Part shown: positions 17,615 through 26,198 of the stretch, piece by piece
How positions within the stretch are numbered: position 1 is the first letter of the stretch
How the letters are laid out: each line of letters opens with the position of its first letter
Origin: Gemmatimonadota bacterium
Lineage (GTDB): Bacteria > Gemmatimonadota > Gemmatimonadetes > Palauibacterales > Palauibacteraceae
NCBI GenBank assembly: GCA_039584255.1
Contig: JBDGYE010000001.1
Coordinates: 4,228 to 68,227 of the forward strand
Length of the DNA: 64,000 nt
Direction: 5' to 3'
Program-made: the position numbers and the translations under genes
Notes under the pieces: model-generated
Told to the model about the DNA's origin: nothing
Seen by the model: only the letters and a program-made list of their open reading frames with translations
The model's database searches: none

Positions 17615-19909
17615 CTAGCGTCGCCGGGCGCCGCTCCGGCTCCGCCCTCCGGACGACCCGGAACGCTGGCTGTTGTAATTGTTCGTCCTCGTCGATCCCC
17701 GACTCCGCGAGTTGCTGCTCCGCTCTAGATTCTGGCCGGTGGACCCGTACCCGCTCTGCGGTCGCTGCTGCGAGGGCTGCTGCTGCGGCCGGGCCCGCTC
17801 CGGCTGCTGCTGCGGGCGCTGGCCCGCCTGCCGGTCGCCGGCCGCGGCACCGGATCGGTCAGCCGTACTCGCCCGCTCGCGCTCCGCGTCGCGGTTGACG
17901 GCGTCGTTGCCCTGCCACCCGTCTCCCGTACGCTGGTCCCAGTTTCCGTCGTTGTTCTTGCGGTAGACGTTCCCGTCGCGGTCGGAGAACACGTTGTTGT
18001 CCCGGCCCTCGGCCACCCGGCCGCGCGCGTCGGCCCGCGCACGATCCGACGGGGCGTTGCGCGCCACGTTGTCCTGCCGTTTGTAGATGTTGTTTCGCTT
18101 CGCGGCATTCGAGCCCGCCCGGTAGCCCGCCCGGTACCCGGCTCTGGCTCCGCGATTCCACCCGCGGTGGTAGCCTCGCCTGTACCCCCGATAGCGAGCC
18201 GGTCCCCACCAGCCTCCGCGGTACCACCCTCCGCGTCCGATATAGAACGTGAAGGGGCCGGTGCTGTAGCTGAACCCGAAGCTCCAGCCGAACCAGGGAT
18301 TCCAGCGTACGTGGAATCCCCAGGTGGCGGGGCGGGGGTAGTAGTAGCGGCCGTACCAGCCCGGGTAGTACCACCCGGTGCCATACACGACGGTCCCGTG
18401 ATACACGTAGCTGTGCGTGTAGCCGGGGTAGTAGCCCACGTACACCACCTCCGGCGTCGACTCGTATACGTACACGTACGTTACGTTGTGCGCCGGGCTT
18501 TCGAGCGGGATCTCGTACACCTCGTCGGGCACCTCGGTAGCGACCGTCCACGGGCCCTCCGGATCGTCGGCCTCGTACCACACGGCCTCGTGGCAGGCGT
18601 AGTACTCGCCCTGCACTTCGATCACCTGTTCCCCCGTGTTCGCGGCGTAGCTCATGCTCGTGCCTTCGATCGGCTCGAACTCCGGGTCTCCGTCGTACTC
18701 GACGTCGATCGTGGCGTCACGCTTGATCGCCGACGTCTGCGGAATCTGGTTCTCCATCACGGCTTCGTTCGCCTGCTCCGTGCCCGGGACCGAAACGAGG
18801 ATGTGCCCCATATCGGACTCGAGCGGGATCTCAGCGAAGCGGTCAGCAAGCTGGTCGGCGGGAACGTTCACCCACGGTCCGTCGAACGACTCCGACGTGA
18901 ACCAGCGTCCGGAGAGGATCACGAAGTAGCGTGCGGACTCGAGATCGAGCAGAACGTCGCTCTCGGAGTTACTCACGTACATGAGGTCGGTGCCGCTGAT
19001 CGGCGTGTACTCGGGCTCTCCCTCGATCACTATGAGCTCCGTGGGCTCGGTCGCGACAAAGACTGCGGGTGGCGGACCCGGCTCCTCTTCCTCCACGGCC
19101 TCTCCCGGGTCGACCCCTTCGGGCAGCTCGTCGGCGGGGATTTCCTCTTCCGGCAGCGGTTCGGGGGCCAGCGCCGCCACGTCCGACGGAACCTGGTCGC
19201 TGAGAGCCCACGGGCCCTCGTACTCGGGCGCCGCGTACCACTGGTCCTCGCCCGCCCCGAGGTAATACGTACGCGAGTTCCGATCGAGGATGATCGTGAA
19301 AGCCGTGTTCAGGATCCGCATGTGCTCCGAGCCCTCGACCTGCTGCATCCGGGGCTCGCCGTCGATCGTCACGAGGATCGCCGGCTCGAGCGAAAACAGG
19401 ATCACCGGCGGCTCCATGTTCAGGCCTTCGGCAGCCCTCCGGCGGGTCTCGGCCAACTCGAGGTCGGTGAGGAGCCGGTCCATCGCGATGTCCAGCTCCC
19501 AGGCCGGGATCTCACGCTCGAGAAGGCGGGCGAGCGCCTCCTTGTGTTCCTCCGTCGCGGCGGGGAAACCGACACGCGTCACGGCCAGGTCGTCGATCGT
19601 GGCCATGCGGGTGTCGCGGTCCGTGTCCAGCCGCGCCTCCAACCACACCGTGCCGAACACGGGCTCCTGGTCCGTTGGCGTCACCGAAACGGCCGCCCGC
19701 CCGGCGAGCTTGTTGCCCTCGAAGGTGTCGGACTGAGGCTGGTAGACGACGACCGTCCCACCATCGACGGTGATCTCCCGCGGCCAGCCCTCGGCGGGTT
19801 CCTCCTGAAGCATCGCGAGGCCGGCGCCGGCGCCCGTAGCGACCAGCACCGCGGCCACGAGGGCATTCATCGATGGGCGACTGTTCAACTTTTGAAGTAG
19901 CGATGCCAT
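17615..19909 (-). CDS. Exported 764-aa protein with three internal ~95-aa repeats and a ~290-aa Tyr/Trp/Gly/Arg-rich low-complexity C-terminal tail; function unknown
   Basis: Signal/anchor MNALVAAVLVATGAGAG. Repeats carry GEP..(V/I).G(S/T)..M....N(T/S)....YY/YF....W(Y/F).....GPW.....VP at residues ~176-250, ~290-365 and ~400-470. The tail begins near YVYHGTVVYGTGWYYPGWYGRYYYP and ends ...GGRSRSGARRR. The stop is 13 bp upstream of the porin start. Confidence 0.7.
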   Translation of the reverse strand: MASLLQKLNSRPSMNALVAAVLVATGAGAGLAMLQEEPAEGWPREITVDGGTVVVYQPQSDTFEGNKLAGRAAVSVTPTDQEPVFGTVWLEARLDTDRDTRMATIDDLAVTRVGFPAATEEHKEALARLLEREIPAWELDIAMDRLLTDLELAETRRRAAEGLNMEPPVILFSLEPAILVTIDGEPRMQQVEGSEHMRILNTAFTIILDRNSRTYYLGAGEDQWYAAPEYEGPWALSDQVPSDVAALAPEPLPEEEIPADELPEGVDPGEAVEEEEPGPPPAVFVATEPTELIVIEGEPEYTPISGTDLMYVSNSESDVLLDLESARYFVILSGRWFTSESFDGPWVNVPADQLADRFAEIPLESDMGHILVSVPGTEQANEAVMENQIPQTSAIKRDATIDVEYDGDPEFEPIEGTSMSYAANTGEQVIEVQGEYYACHEAVWYEADDPEGPWTVATEVPDEVYEIPLESPAHNVTYVYVYESTPEVVYVGYYPGYTHSYVYHGTVVYGTGWYYPGWYGRYYYPRPATWGFHVRWNPWFGWSFGFSYSTGPFTFYIGRGGWYRGGWWGPARYRGYRRGYHRGWNRGARAGYRAGYRAGSNAAKRNNIYKRQDNVARNAPSDRARADARGRVAEGRDNNVFSDRDGNVYRKNNDGNWDQRTGDGWQGNDAVNRDAERERASTADRSGAAAGDRQAGQRPQQQPERARPQQQPSQQRPQSGYGSTGQNLERSSNSRSRGSTRTNNYNSQRSGSSGGRSRSGARRR

Positions 19910-20007
19910 GGGGATCCGACCTTTCCCAGATTGCTATATGTGGGGGAAGCCAAGATAAACGCCGCGGCGTTCGCGCGCAGGAACAACGGCAAATCTTGCA
20001 GGAAGGC

Positions 20008-20748
20008 CTAGGGACTCCAATTGTGGAAAGCACGCAGGCGCAGGAAGAGCTCGTTGAACGAGCCCTCTGCGAAGAAGCGTCCCGCCTTCTGCCAGGTGGC
20101 CTCCAACCGCGCTCGCCAGGCCGGGCCGATTCCTCGCTCTAATCCGGCGACCACGCGGATCTGCTCCTGCGCCTGGCCTTCCTGGCCAGCCAGCCTCGCG
20201 AAAAGCTCCGCGCTCAGCAGGACGCGCCACATTCGATCCCGCCTGAGCCACGCGCCCCATTGATGAGACGCGCGGATCCGGTAACGTAGACGCAGCGAAA
20301 TCTGGGAGTCCCAGGTCTCCGTGTTGAACTCGAACCGCTCCTCCAATCGCAGCACGTGCTGGAGCTGGAACGGAAGCCTGGGCCACACCGCCGACACACC
20401 CTGCCATGGACGAACCTCCCAGCGGTTGGCCGTGTCCTCGTTCCAGGTGAAGAAGCTGCCGATACCTCCCTGGATGACGACCCTGTCGCTTGCCGCATAG
20501 CGCACGTTCGGCCGGATGACGAGACGGTGCCAGCCGCTCGACTCGAGCTGCGTCCGGTATCCCACGTCGCCGAAGAGATCGACGCGCTCCGATATCGCGG
20601 TCGACGGGTTGTAGTCCAGCCACAGCTCCGGCACCACCTCGTCCTCGCTCTGCGCGGCCGCCGGATCTGGGGCAAGGAACGTGAGCCCGACAAGAGCCGG
20701 GAAGAACACAGAGACGCGACGCACGGCAGTGCTCGGCAACGGCGTCAC
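20008..20748 (-). CDS. DUF2490-like outer-membrane protein
   Basis: A GTG at 20748 overlaps the TetR stop (GTGA); GTG 20724 is an alternative start. Signal-like VSVFFPALVGLTFLAPDPAAAQ. The motif RLEERFEFN....SLRLRYRIR is typical of DUF2490. Confidence 0.7.
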   Translation of the reverse strand: MTPLPSTAVRRVSVFFPALVGLTFLAPDPAAAQSEDEVVPELWLDYNPSTAISERVDLFGDVGYRTQLESSGWHRLVIRPNVRYAASDRVVIQGGIGSFFTWNEDTANRWEVRPWQGVSAVWPRLPFQLQHVLRLEERFEFNTETWDSQISLRLRYRIRASHQWGAWLRRDRMWRVLLSAELFARLAGQEGQAQEQIRVVAGLERGIGPAWRARLEATWQKAGRFFAEGSFNELFLRLRAFHNWSP

Positions 20749-21362
20749 CCGTCGGTGAGAAAGACCACCAGACGGTCGACCAGTTCTCGGCGTCTCTTCT
20801 TCGAGAGAGCCGGATACATCTTTCCCTGCCAGGCCATATAGCAAACGAACGTGCGTGACCTGAACTCCCTCTCGTCACCGGTGATGCCCAGTTCCGCGAG
20901 TGCCTGCTGCACGTAATCCAGCCGCAGCCGGATCACCCTGTTCACGCGGCGCGCCACCTCCCCGTCGTGTTCAGCCCAGGCGAGGAAAGCCAGATCGTAC
21001 CCAGAGAGATCGTGCTCCAGGACCAACTCGGCGATTCGGTGCAGCCTCTTCCGCGGTTCTACCATGCGCAGCTCGGGATTCTCGGAGAGAACCTCGGTAT
21101 ACTCGTGAGCCCAATACTCGAGCATCTGCATGAAGAGGTCCCGTCGGTCCTTGAAATGCCAATAGAATCCGCTCTTGGAAGTAGCCAGGTCGCGCGCCAG
21201 TCGCTCTACTCGCACTCCCCCAACTCCCTCTTCACCGAGGACTCGCATCGCAGCCTCGAGCCACTCTCCTTTTCTCTTTCGTTTCTTCCCGCGTACGCTC
21301 ACCGCATGACTCGCTGGTCGGGGCATCTGACGGCTTGTCCGCTCTTCGGACGGACGACCCAA
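20745..21362 (-). CDS. TetR/AcrR family transcriptional regulator
   Basis: HTH region WLEAAMRVLGEEGVGGVRVERLARDLATSKSGFYWHFKDRRDL. The start is uncertain (ATG 21362 or the internal MPRPASH). Confidence 0.85.
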   Translation of the reverse strand: MGRPSEERTSRQMPRPASHAVSVRGKKRKRKGEWLEAAMRVLGEEGVGGVRVERLARDLATSKSGFYWHFKDRRDLFMQMLEYWAHEYTEVLSENPELRMVEPRKRLHRIAELVLEHDLSGYDLAFLAWAEHDGEVARRVNRVIRLRLDYVQQALAELGITGDEREFRSRTFVCYMAWQGKMYPALSKKRRRELVDRLVVFLTDG

Positions 21363-21585
21363 GAAAGCTAACCTGCTTGCACCGCGAGTGCTCCAAGTCC
21401 TACGGCACCGCCTGCATGACTGGACGCAAACGTCTCCGTACAGTAATCTATACGCCGCCGTCTATCGGGAATCGACCGTTCTCGGTGAACCTTGCGTCAG
21501 GTTGCATACCCCCAATGGACCAGTCTGACGCCTCAGGATGTGGAACGATCGGCAGTCGGACGTCACGGAAGACGGAGGGTTACCC

Positions 21586-22140
21586 GTGAGGCTATCCAGT
21601 CGAATTCTCGTCTGGTGGGCACTCCTGATCGTCGTCTCGCCCGGGGCGTCACTCGGTCAGGAGCACGACGCGGAGGGTGCCGAGGCCGAAGAGGCCTTCC
21701 ACAAGAACCACCTCTCGCTGTTCACCGGCGGCACGACCGAATCTAGAGACGGCTCCACCAGCACCTACTTTTCCCTCGGGCTCGACTACGAGCGCCGGAT
21801 CAGTGAGCTCATCGGGCTGGGGGTAAGTGGGGAGTTCGTGTTCGGCGGCGAGGAGCGGGAGGCGCTCGCAGGCCTGCTCTTCAACCTCCACCCGGCGGGC
21901 GGGCTGGTCCTGGCCGCTGGCCCCGGACTCGAATTCGCCAAGGAACGCCACGCCGAGGGCGAAGTGGAGGCACAGCAGGAGGAGTCGGGGACCGAGACGC
22001 ACTTCGGCTTCCGGGTCGGCGTTCTGTACGAGTTCGAGGTGGGCCAGCGGTATTCGATCGCCCCTTCGATCTACACCGACTTCATCGAAGGCAAAGAGCC
22101 GACGTTCGTGTGGGGATTGGCGTTCGGGGTAGGCTTCTGA
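21586..22140 (+). CDS. Hypothetical exported beta-rich protein ending in Phe (possible small outer-membrane barrel)
   Basis: The GTG at 21586 is preceded by GGAGGG. Signal VRLSSRILVWWALLIVVSPGASLGQ. The C-terminus is ...FVWGLAFGVGF. No family was recognised. Confidence 0.5.
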   Translation: MRLSSRILVWWALLIVVSPGASLGQEHDAEGAEAEEAFHKNHLSLFTGGTTESRDGSTSTYFSLGLDYERRISELIGLGVSGEFVFGGEEREALAGLLFNLHPAGGLVLAAGPGLEFAKERHAEGEVEAQQEESGTETHFGFRVGVLYEFEVGQRYSIAPSIYTDFIEGKEPTFVWGLAFGVGF

Positions 22141-22184
22141 AGGCAACAGTTGGCTACCAGGAATCTCAAGAGGGAGGTCGGGCG

Positions 22185-23507
22185 ATGCGAAAGTTTCTCG
22201 TGATGCTTGGCGGCCTCGGCGTTCTGGCTCTGGTGCTGGCAGCGTACGACCTGGGCCGCGCCGACCAGGAAGCCGGAATCGACCGGCTGACGGCGCCGGC
22301 CCTGTACGCCGCCGACGCGAACACCATCATCGGGCTGGAAGCCGGCACCACGCTGCCCCAGGAGCGGCAGACGATCACACGCACCGGCACGGTCGAGGAT
22401 CGCGACGTCTACTATCCGGGCACGGAAGCGCTGGGCCCGGATGAGATGCGCGTCACGGCCTGCGGAACGGGCATGCCCAACGCACGGCCCAAGCAGGCGG
22501 CGGCATGCTGGCTGGTCGAGCTTGGCAACGGCGACAAGTTCCTGTTCGACATCGGGACCGGGTCGGCCGAGCGCATCTCGGCGCTCAAGATCCCCTACGA
22601 CTTCCTGGACAAGGTATTCGTCGGCCACCTGCACTCCGATCACTTTGGCGACCTCGACGCGCTGTGGGTCGGCGGCGTGGTCGGGAACCGGGTGACGCCA
22701 CTCAAGGTGTGGGGGCCGAGCAGCGAGACCCACGAGTACGGTACGGCCTACGCACTGGAGCATCTCGAGAAGAGCCTCAAGTGGGACGTGGACACGCGGT
22801 TCGGCAACACGGACACCCGGGGCCTGTTCCTCGAAGTGACCGAGTTCGACTACCGGGGGATCAACGAGGTCATCTACCAGGAGAACGGGGTCACCATCCG
22901 GACCATCCCCGCCATCCACATCTACGACGGCCCGGTGAGCTTCATCCTCGAGTGGAACGGGCTGAAGTTCGCGTACTCGAGCGACACGTTTCCCAACAAG
23001 TGGTGGATCGAGCACACCAAGGGCGTCGACCTTGCGGTCCACGAGTGCTTCATCACCCCGGAGGCCCTGGTCGCGAAGCAGAACTTCACCCCGGCTGCCG
23101 CACTCAACGTGGGCACGCAGATTCACACCTCGCCGGCACAGTTCGGCAAGGTGATGGCCGAGACCCGGCCGCGCATGGCGGTCGGCTATCACTTCTTCAA
23201 CGACTTCGACACGCAGCCGGGGGTCCTGCGCGACATTCGGCGCTCCTACGATGGACCGCTCGCGCTCGCCGTGGACTACATGGTGTTCAACGTGACGAAG
23301 GACGACATCAGGGTGCGGATGGCGGCAGTGGACGAGGACATCTGGCCGATGCCGTCGGCGCTTGGAAACGCTCCGCCCGATCCGGCGCTCCAGCGCACTC
23401 AGTTCTCGGACATGATGCTCGGCGGCAAGGTCGTGCACCGCGACATCCTCGAGGAGATCTATGCCGAGATCAACGACATGTACGGGACGGAGATTCCCGT
23501 GCCGTAG
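22185..23507 (+). CDS. MBL-fold metallo-hydrolase (RNase Z/ElaC-like subgroup) with an N-terminal membrane anchor, paralog 1
   Basis: HxHxDH motif in VGHLHSDHFGD. Start MRKFLVMLGGLGVLALVLAAY after an AGGGAGG RBS. By eye, more than half of aligned positions are identical to the ORF at 26199..27431. Confidence 0.85.
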   Translation: MRKFLVMLGGLGVLALVLAAYDLGRADQEAGIDRLTAPALYAADANTIIGLEAGTTLPQERQTITRTGTVEDRDVYYPGTEALGPDEMRVTACGTGMPNARPKQAAACWLVELGNGDKFLFDIGTGSAERISALKIPYDFLDKVFVGHLHSDHFGDLDALWVGGVVGNRVTPLKVWGPSSETHEYGTAYALEHLEKSLKWDVDTRFGNTDTRGLFLEVTEFDYRGINEVIYQENGVTIRTIPAIHIYDGPVSFILEWNGLKFAYSSDTFPNKWWIEHTKGVDLAVHECFITPEALVAKQNFTPAAALNVGTQIHTSPAQFGKVMAETRPRMAVGYHFFNDFDTQPGVLRDIRRSYDGPLALAVDYMVFNVTKDDIRVRMAAVDEDIWPMPSALGNAPPDPALQRTQFSDMMLGGKVVHRDILEEIYAEINDMYGTEIPVP

Positions 23508-23610
23508 AAGTAGCCAGTACTCGTCGTGCGTGCCGAGATTCCTCGCGCCACGGTGCAGCTTCCGCCAGGTCGATCGGAAGCGTAGCCAGTACGCGAACTA
23601 GAGGGATGAG

Positions 23611-25296
23611 ATGAAGCTCAACCGATTCCGACTGATGACGCTACTGCCGTTGGCACTGGCCGGGTGTGCCGGTGAAGGGACGGTGAGCAAACCGGAGACC
23701 CGCCCCAACATCCTTCTGATCGTCGCGGACGACCTGGGCTACAGCGATGTCGGAGCCTTCGGCGGCGAGATCCACACCCCTGTTATCGACCAGCTCGCCT
23801 CAGAGGGCCTGCGGTTCTCGGGGTACCACGTGCTGCCCACATGCTCTCCCACACGCTCGGCCCTGCTGTCCGGCAACGACAACCACGTCGCCGGCCTGGG
23901 CGTGATGGGCGAGTTCATCTACCCGGAGATCGCCGACCTTCCGGGCTATTCCGGTCACCTGGCCGACGAGGTCGCCACGATTCCCGAGATCCTGCGCGAG
24001 GCGGGCTACCACACCTACATGGCAGGGAAGTGGCACCTGGGCGAAGAGGATTCACAGAGTCCGTACGCGCGCGACTTCGAGCAGACGTTTACGATGATGA
24101 ACGGCGGGGGCAGTCACTGGGCGGACATGCGGCCGTTGTCGCCGCCGCAGACGATGATCTATCGGAGGAACGGGCAGCGGATCGACGAGCTGCCGGAGGA
24201 CTTCTACTCGTCGAAGAACTACACGGATGCGCTGATCGAATTCATCGACACCAACAAGGACGACGGGAAGCCGTTCTTCGCTTACATGTCCTACACCGCC
24301 CCTCACGACCCCCTGCACGCTCCGGCCGAGTACGTCGCGAAGTACCGCGGCACGTATGACGAGGGATGGGATGCGCTCGCACGGAGGCGGCTCGCGAGTT
24401 TGCAGGAGCTCGGCCTCGTGCCCGCCGAGGTTGCCGAGCTTCCCTCCAACTTCATGACGCGACCATGGGACAGCCTTCCTCCTGACGAGAAGGCGATCCA
24501 TGCGCGGGACATGGAAGTCTACGCGGCCATGGTCGAGTACATGGACATGTCGATCGGGCGCCTGCTGGACTACCTGAGAGAGAACGGGCTGTACGATAAC
24601 ACGCTGATCGTCTTCTTCTCCGACAACGGAGCGAACGGGGCACACGCGACCGCGTATCCCGGCAACGCCGACGGCAGTTACCTGGCTACGTTCGACAACG
24701 CGCTGGACAACCGCGGCCTCCCCGGCTCGTTCATCGACATGGGACCGAACTGGGCTCAGGCCAGCTCCGCACCTTTCAGGTTCTTCAAGAGCTTCACCAC
24801 GCAGGGCGGGATCAGGTCGCCGATGGTCGCCAGGCTGCCGGGGACGATGAGCACCGCCGGCCAGTGGAACCACGCGTTCCTCCACGTGACGGACATCATG
24901 CCGACGTTCCTCGAGATCGCTGGTGTCACCTACCCGCAGACTCTAGGCGGAAGATCGATCCGGCCGCCCATCGGAAGATCGACGGTGCCGATCCTAACCG
25001 GCGAGTTGGAGCATATCCGAGAGAACGAAGGGGTAGGGTACGAGCTGTTCGAAATGAGAGCGTACATCCAGGACAACTGGAAGCTGCTCCGTCTTCCGGC
25101 ACCCTTCGGCACGGGCACGTGGCAGCTGTACGACCTGGCACTCGATCCCGGTGAGATTCATGACGTCTCCGCGGAGAACACCGACTTGAAGGCTGCATTG
25201 ATCCGATCGTGGGATCAGTACGCGCGCGAGAACGACGTCGTGGATCACGAAGGACGGTTCGACGCAGCGTACCGTGCGGCCTACGGAGACCACTGA
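23611..25296 (+). CDS. Arylsulfatase (formylglycine-dependent, Cys-type), lipoprotein
   Basis: The CSPTRSALLSG sulfatase signature (C-x-P-x-R) follows NILLIVADDLGYSDVGAFGG. Lipobox LALAGC. Confidence 0.9.
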   Translation: MKLNRFRLMTLLPLALAGCAGEGTVSKPETRPNILLIVADDLGYSDVGAFGGEIHTPVIDQLASEGLRFSGYHVLPTCSPTRSALLSGNDNHVAGLGVMGEFIYPEIADLPGYSGHLADEVATIPEILREAGYHTYMAGKWHLGEEDSQSPYARDFEQTFTMMNGGGSHWADMRPLSPPQTMIYRRNGQRIDELPEDFYSSKNYTDALIEFIDTNKDDGKPFFAYMSYTAPHDPLHAPAEYVAKYRGTYDEGWDALARRRLASLQELGLVPAEVAELPSNFMTRPWDSLPPDEKAIHARDMEVYAAMVEYMDMSIGRLLDYLRENGLYDNTLIVFFSDNGANGAHATAYPGNADGSYLATFDNALDNRGLPGSFIDMGPNWAQASSAPFRFFKSFTTQGGIRSPMVARLPGTMSTAGQWNHAFLHVTDIMPTFLEIAGVTYPQTLGGRSIRPPIGRSTVPILTGELEHIRENEGVGYELFEMRAYIQDNWKLLRLPAPFGTGTWQLYDLALDPGEIHDVSAENTDLKAALIRSWDQYARENDVVDHEGRFDAAYRAAYGDH

Positions 25297-25371
25297 GCCG
25301 AGGCGGCCAGATACGGCGTAGACGGGAATCGCCATAAGATCTCCAACGGGCGACCGAACGGAGCGAGGGAA

Positions 25372-26179
25372 GTGCGAGCTAGATCTTGTAGCGGGACCTG
25401 TCGCTCTTCTCTCGCTCCTTCGCTGATGGCCTTCTGCCTTCTGGTCGGGCCACTGGTCAGGCCCGGCGCCCTCCGCGCCCAGGACGACAGCTCCACCACC
25501 CAGATCTGGGCCAACGTGACGCTCGGTATCCCGAGCGCGAATCCGAAGTGGTTCTACGAGATCGACTTCGAGCCGAAGGTACAAGTAAGCGGCCCGGAGA
25601 AGTGGACGGGGATGACCATCAACACGCTGGCTTCGCTTCGGCCGCTTCACTGGCTGGATCTGACGGGGGACGTCAGCGTCGATTACACCGTACAGAGCGA
25701 CGACCTTCAGACGTTCTCCATCGTTCCACGGATCGGCGCGGCGCTTCACATCCTGTCCAACATCCGTGAGACTGGGTTTATCTCCCAGAAGGTGAAGCGC
25801 CTCGGCCTCGCAACCCTGCTGCGCCTGGAGTGGCGGAACTTCTGGTACTCGGGATCGGCCGCCGAGCAGAGCTACGAATCCTCCCTCGTGGCGGTTCCGG
25901 ATGCGTTTTGACGTGCGCCTCGGGTTGAACCGGGCGGATCGGTCAATGCCGAAGACGTGGTACCTGTTCGGCGACGCGGAGGCGTTCGTGAACCTCGGCG
26001 ACCCGACCGCGGAGACCTTCAACTCCAGGTGGCGGGTGCGCATCGGGCCGGGCTACCGCCTGAACCGGGGCTGGCGTTTCGAGCTGCTGTACATGTTCGA
26101 GGAAACGCGCAATACTCTCGAGGGAGACTTCGAGCGGTCGAACAACGTGATCGATTTGAGGGCCGGCTACAACTTCTGA
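25372..26179 (+). pseudogene. DUF2490-like outer-membrane protein gene interrupted by a +1 frameshift near 25883..25885
   Basis: ORFs 25372..25911 and 25901..26179 are consecutive fragments. Removing one C from the CCC run joins them as ...RLEWRNFWYSGSAAEQSYESS-WRFRMRFDVRLGLN.... This aligns with RLEERFEFNTETWDSQISLRLRYRIRAS of the intact paralog at 20008..20748. Confidence 0.6.
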
Positions 26180-26198
26180 ACCGAAAAGGAATGCGAGC

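Noticed and set aside
19958-19971. Perfect 14-bp palindrome AACGCCGCGGCGTT downstream of the DUF2490 gene, considered as a terminator.
   Set aside because: The palindrome leaves essentially no loop and has no flanking U-tract. It is too weak to call.
25876-25890. Possibility that the DUF2490 frameshift (and the one near 36290..36345) is programmed ribosomal frameshifting.
   Set aside because: I saw no slippery heptamer or obvious downstream stimulatory structure. A 1-nt indel in a C run, or gene decay, is more parsimonious.
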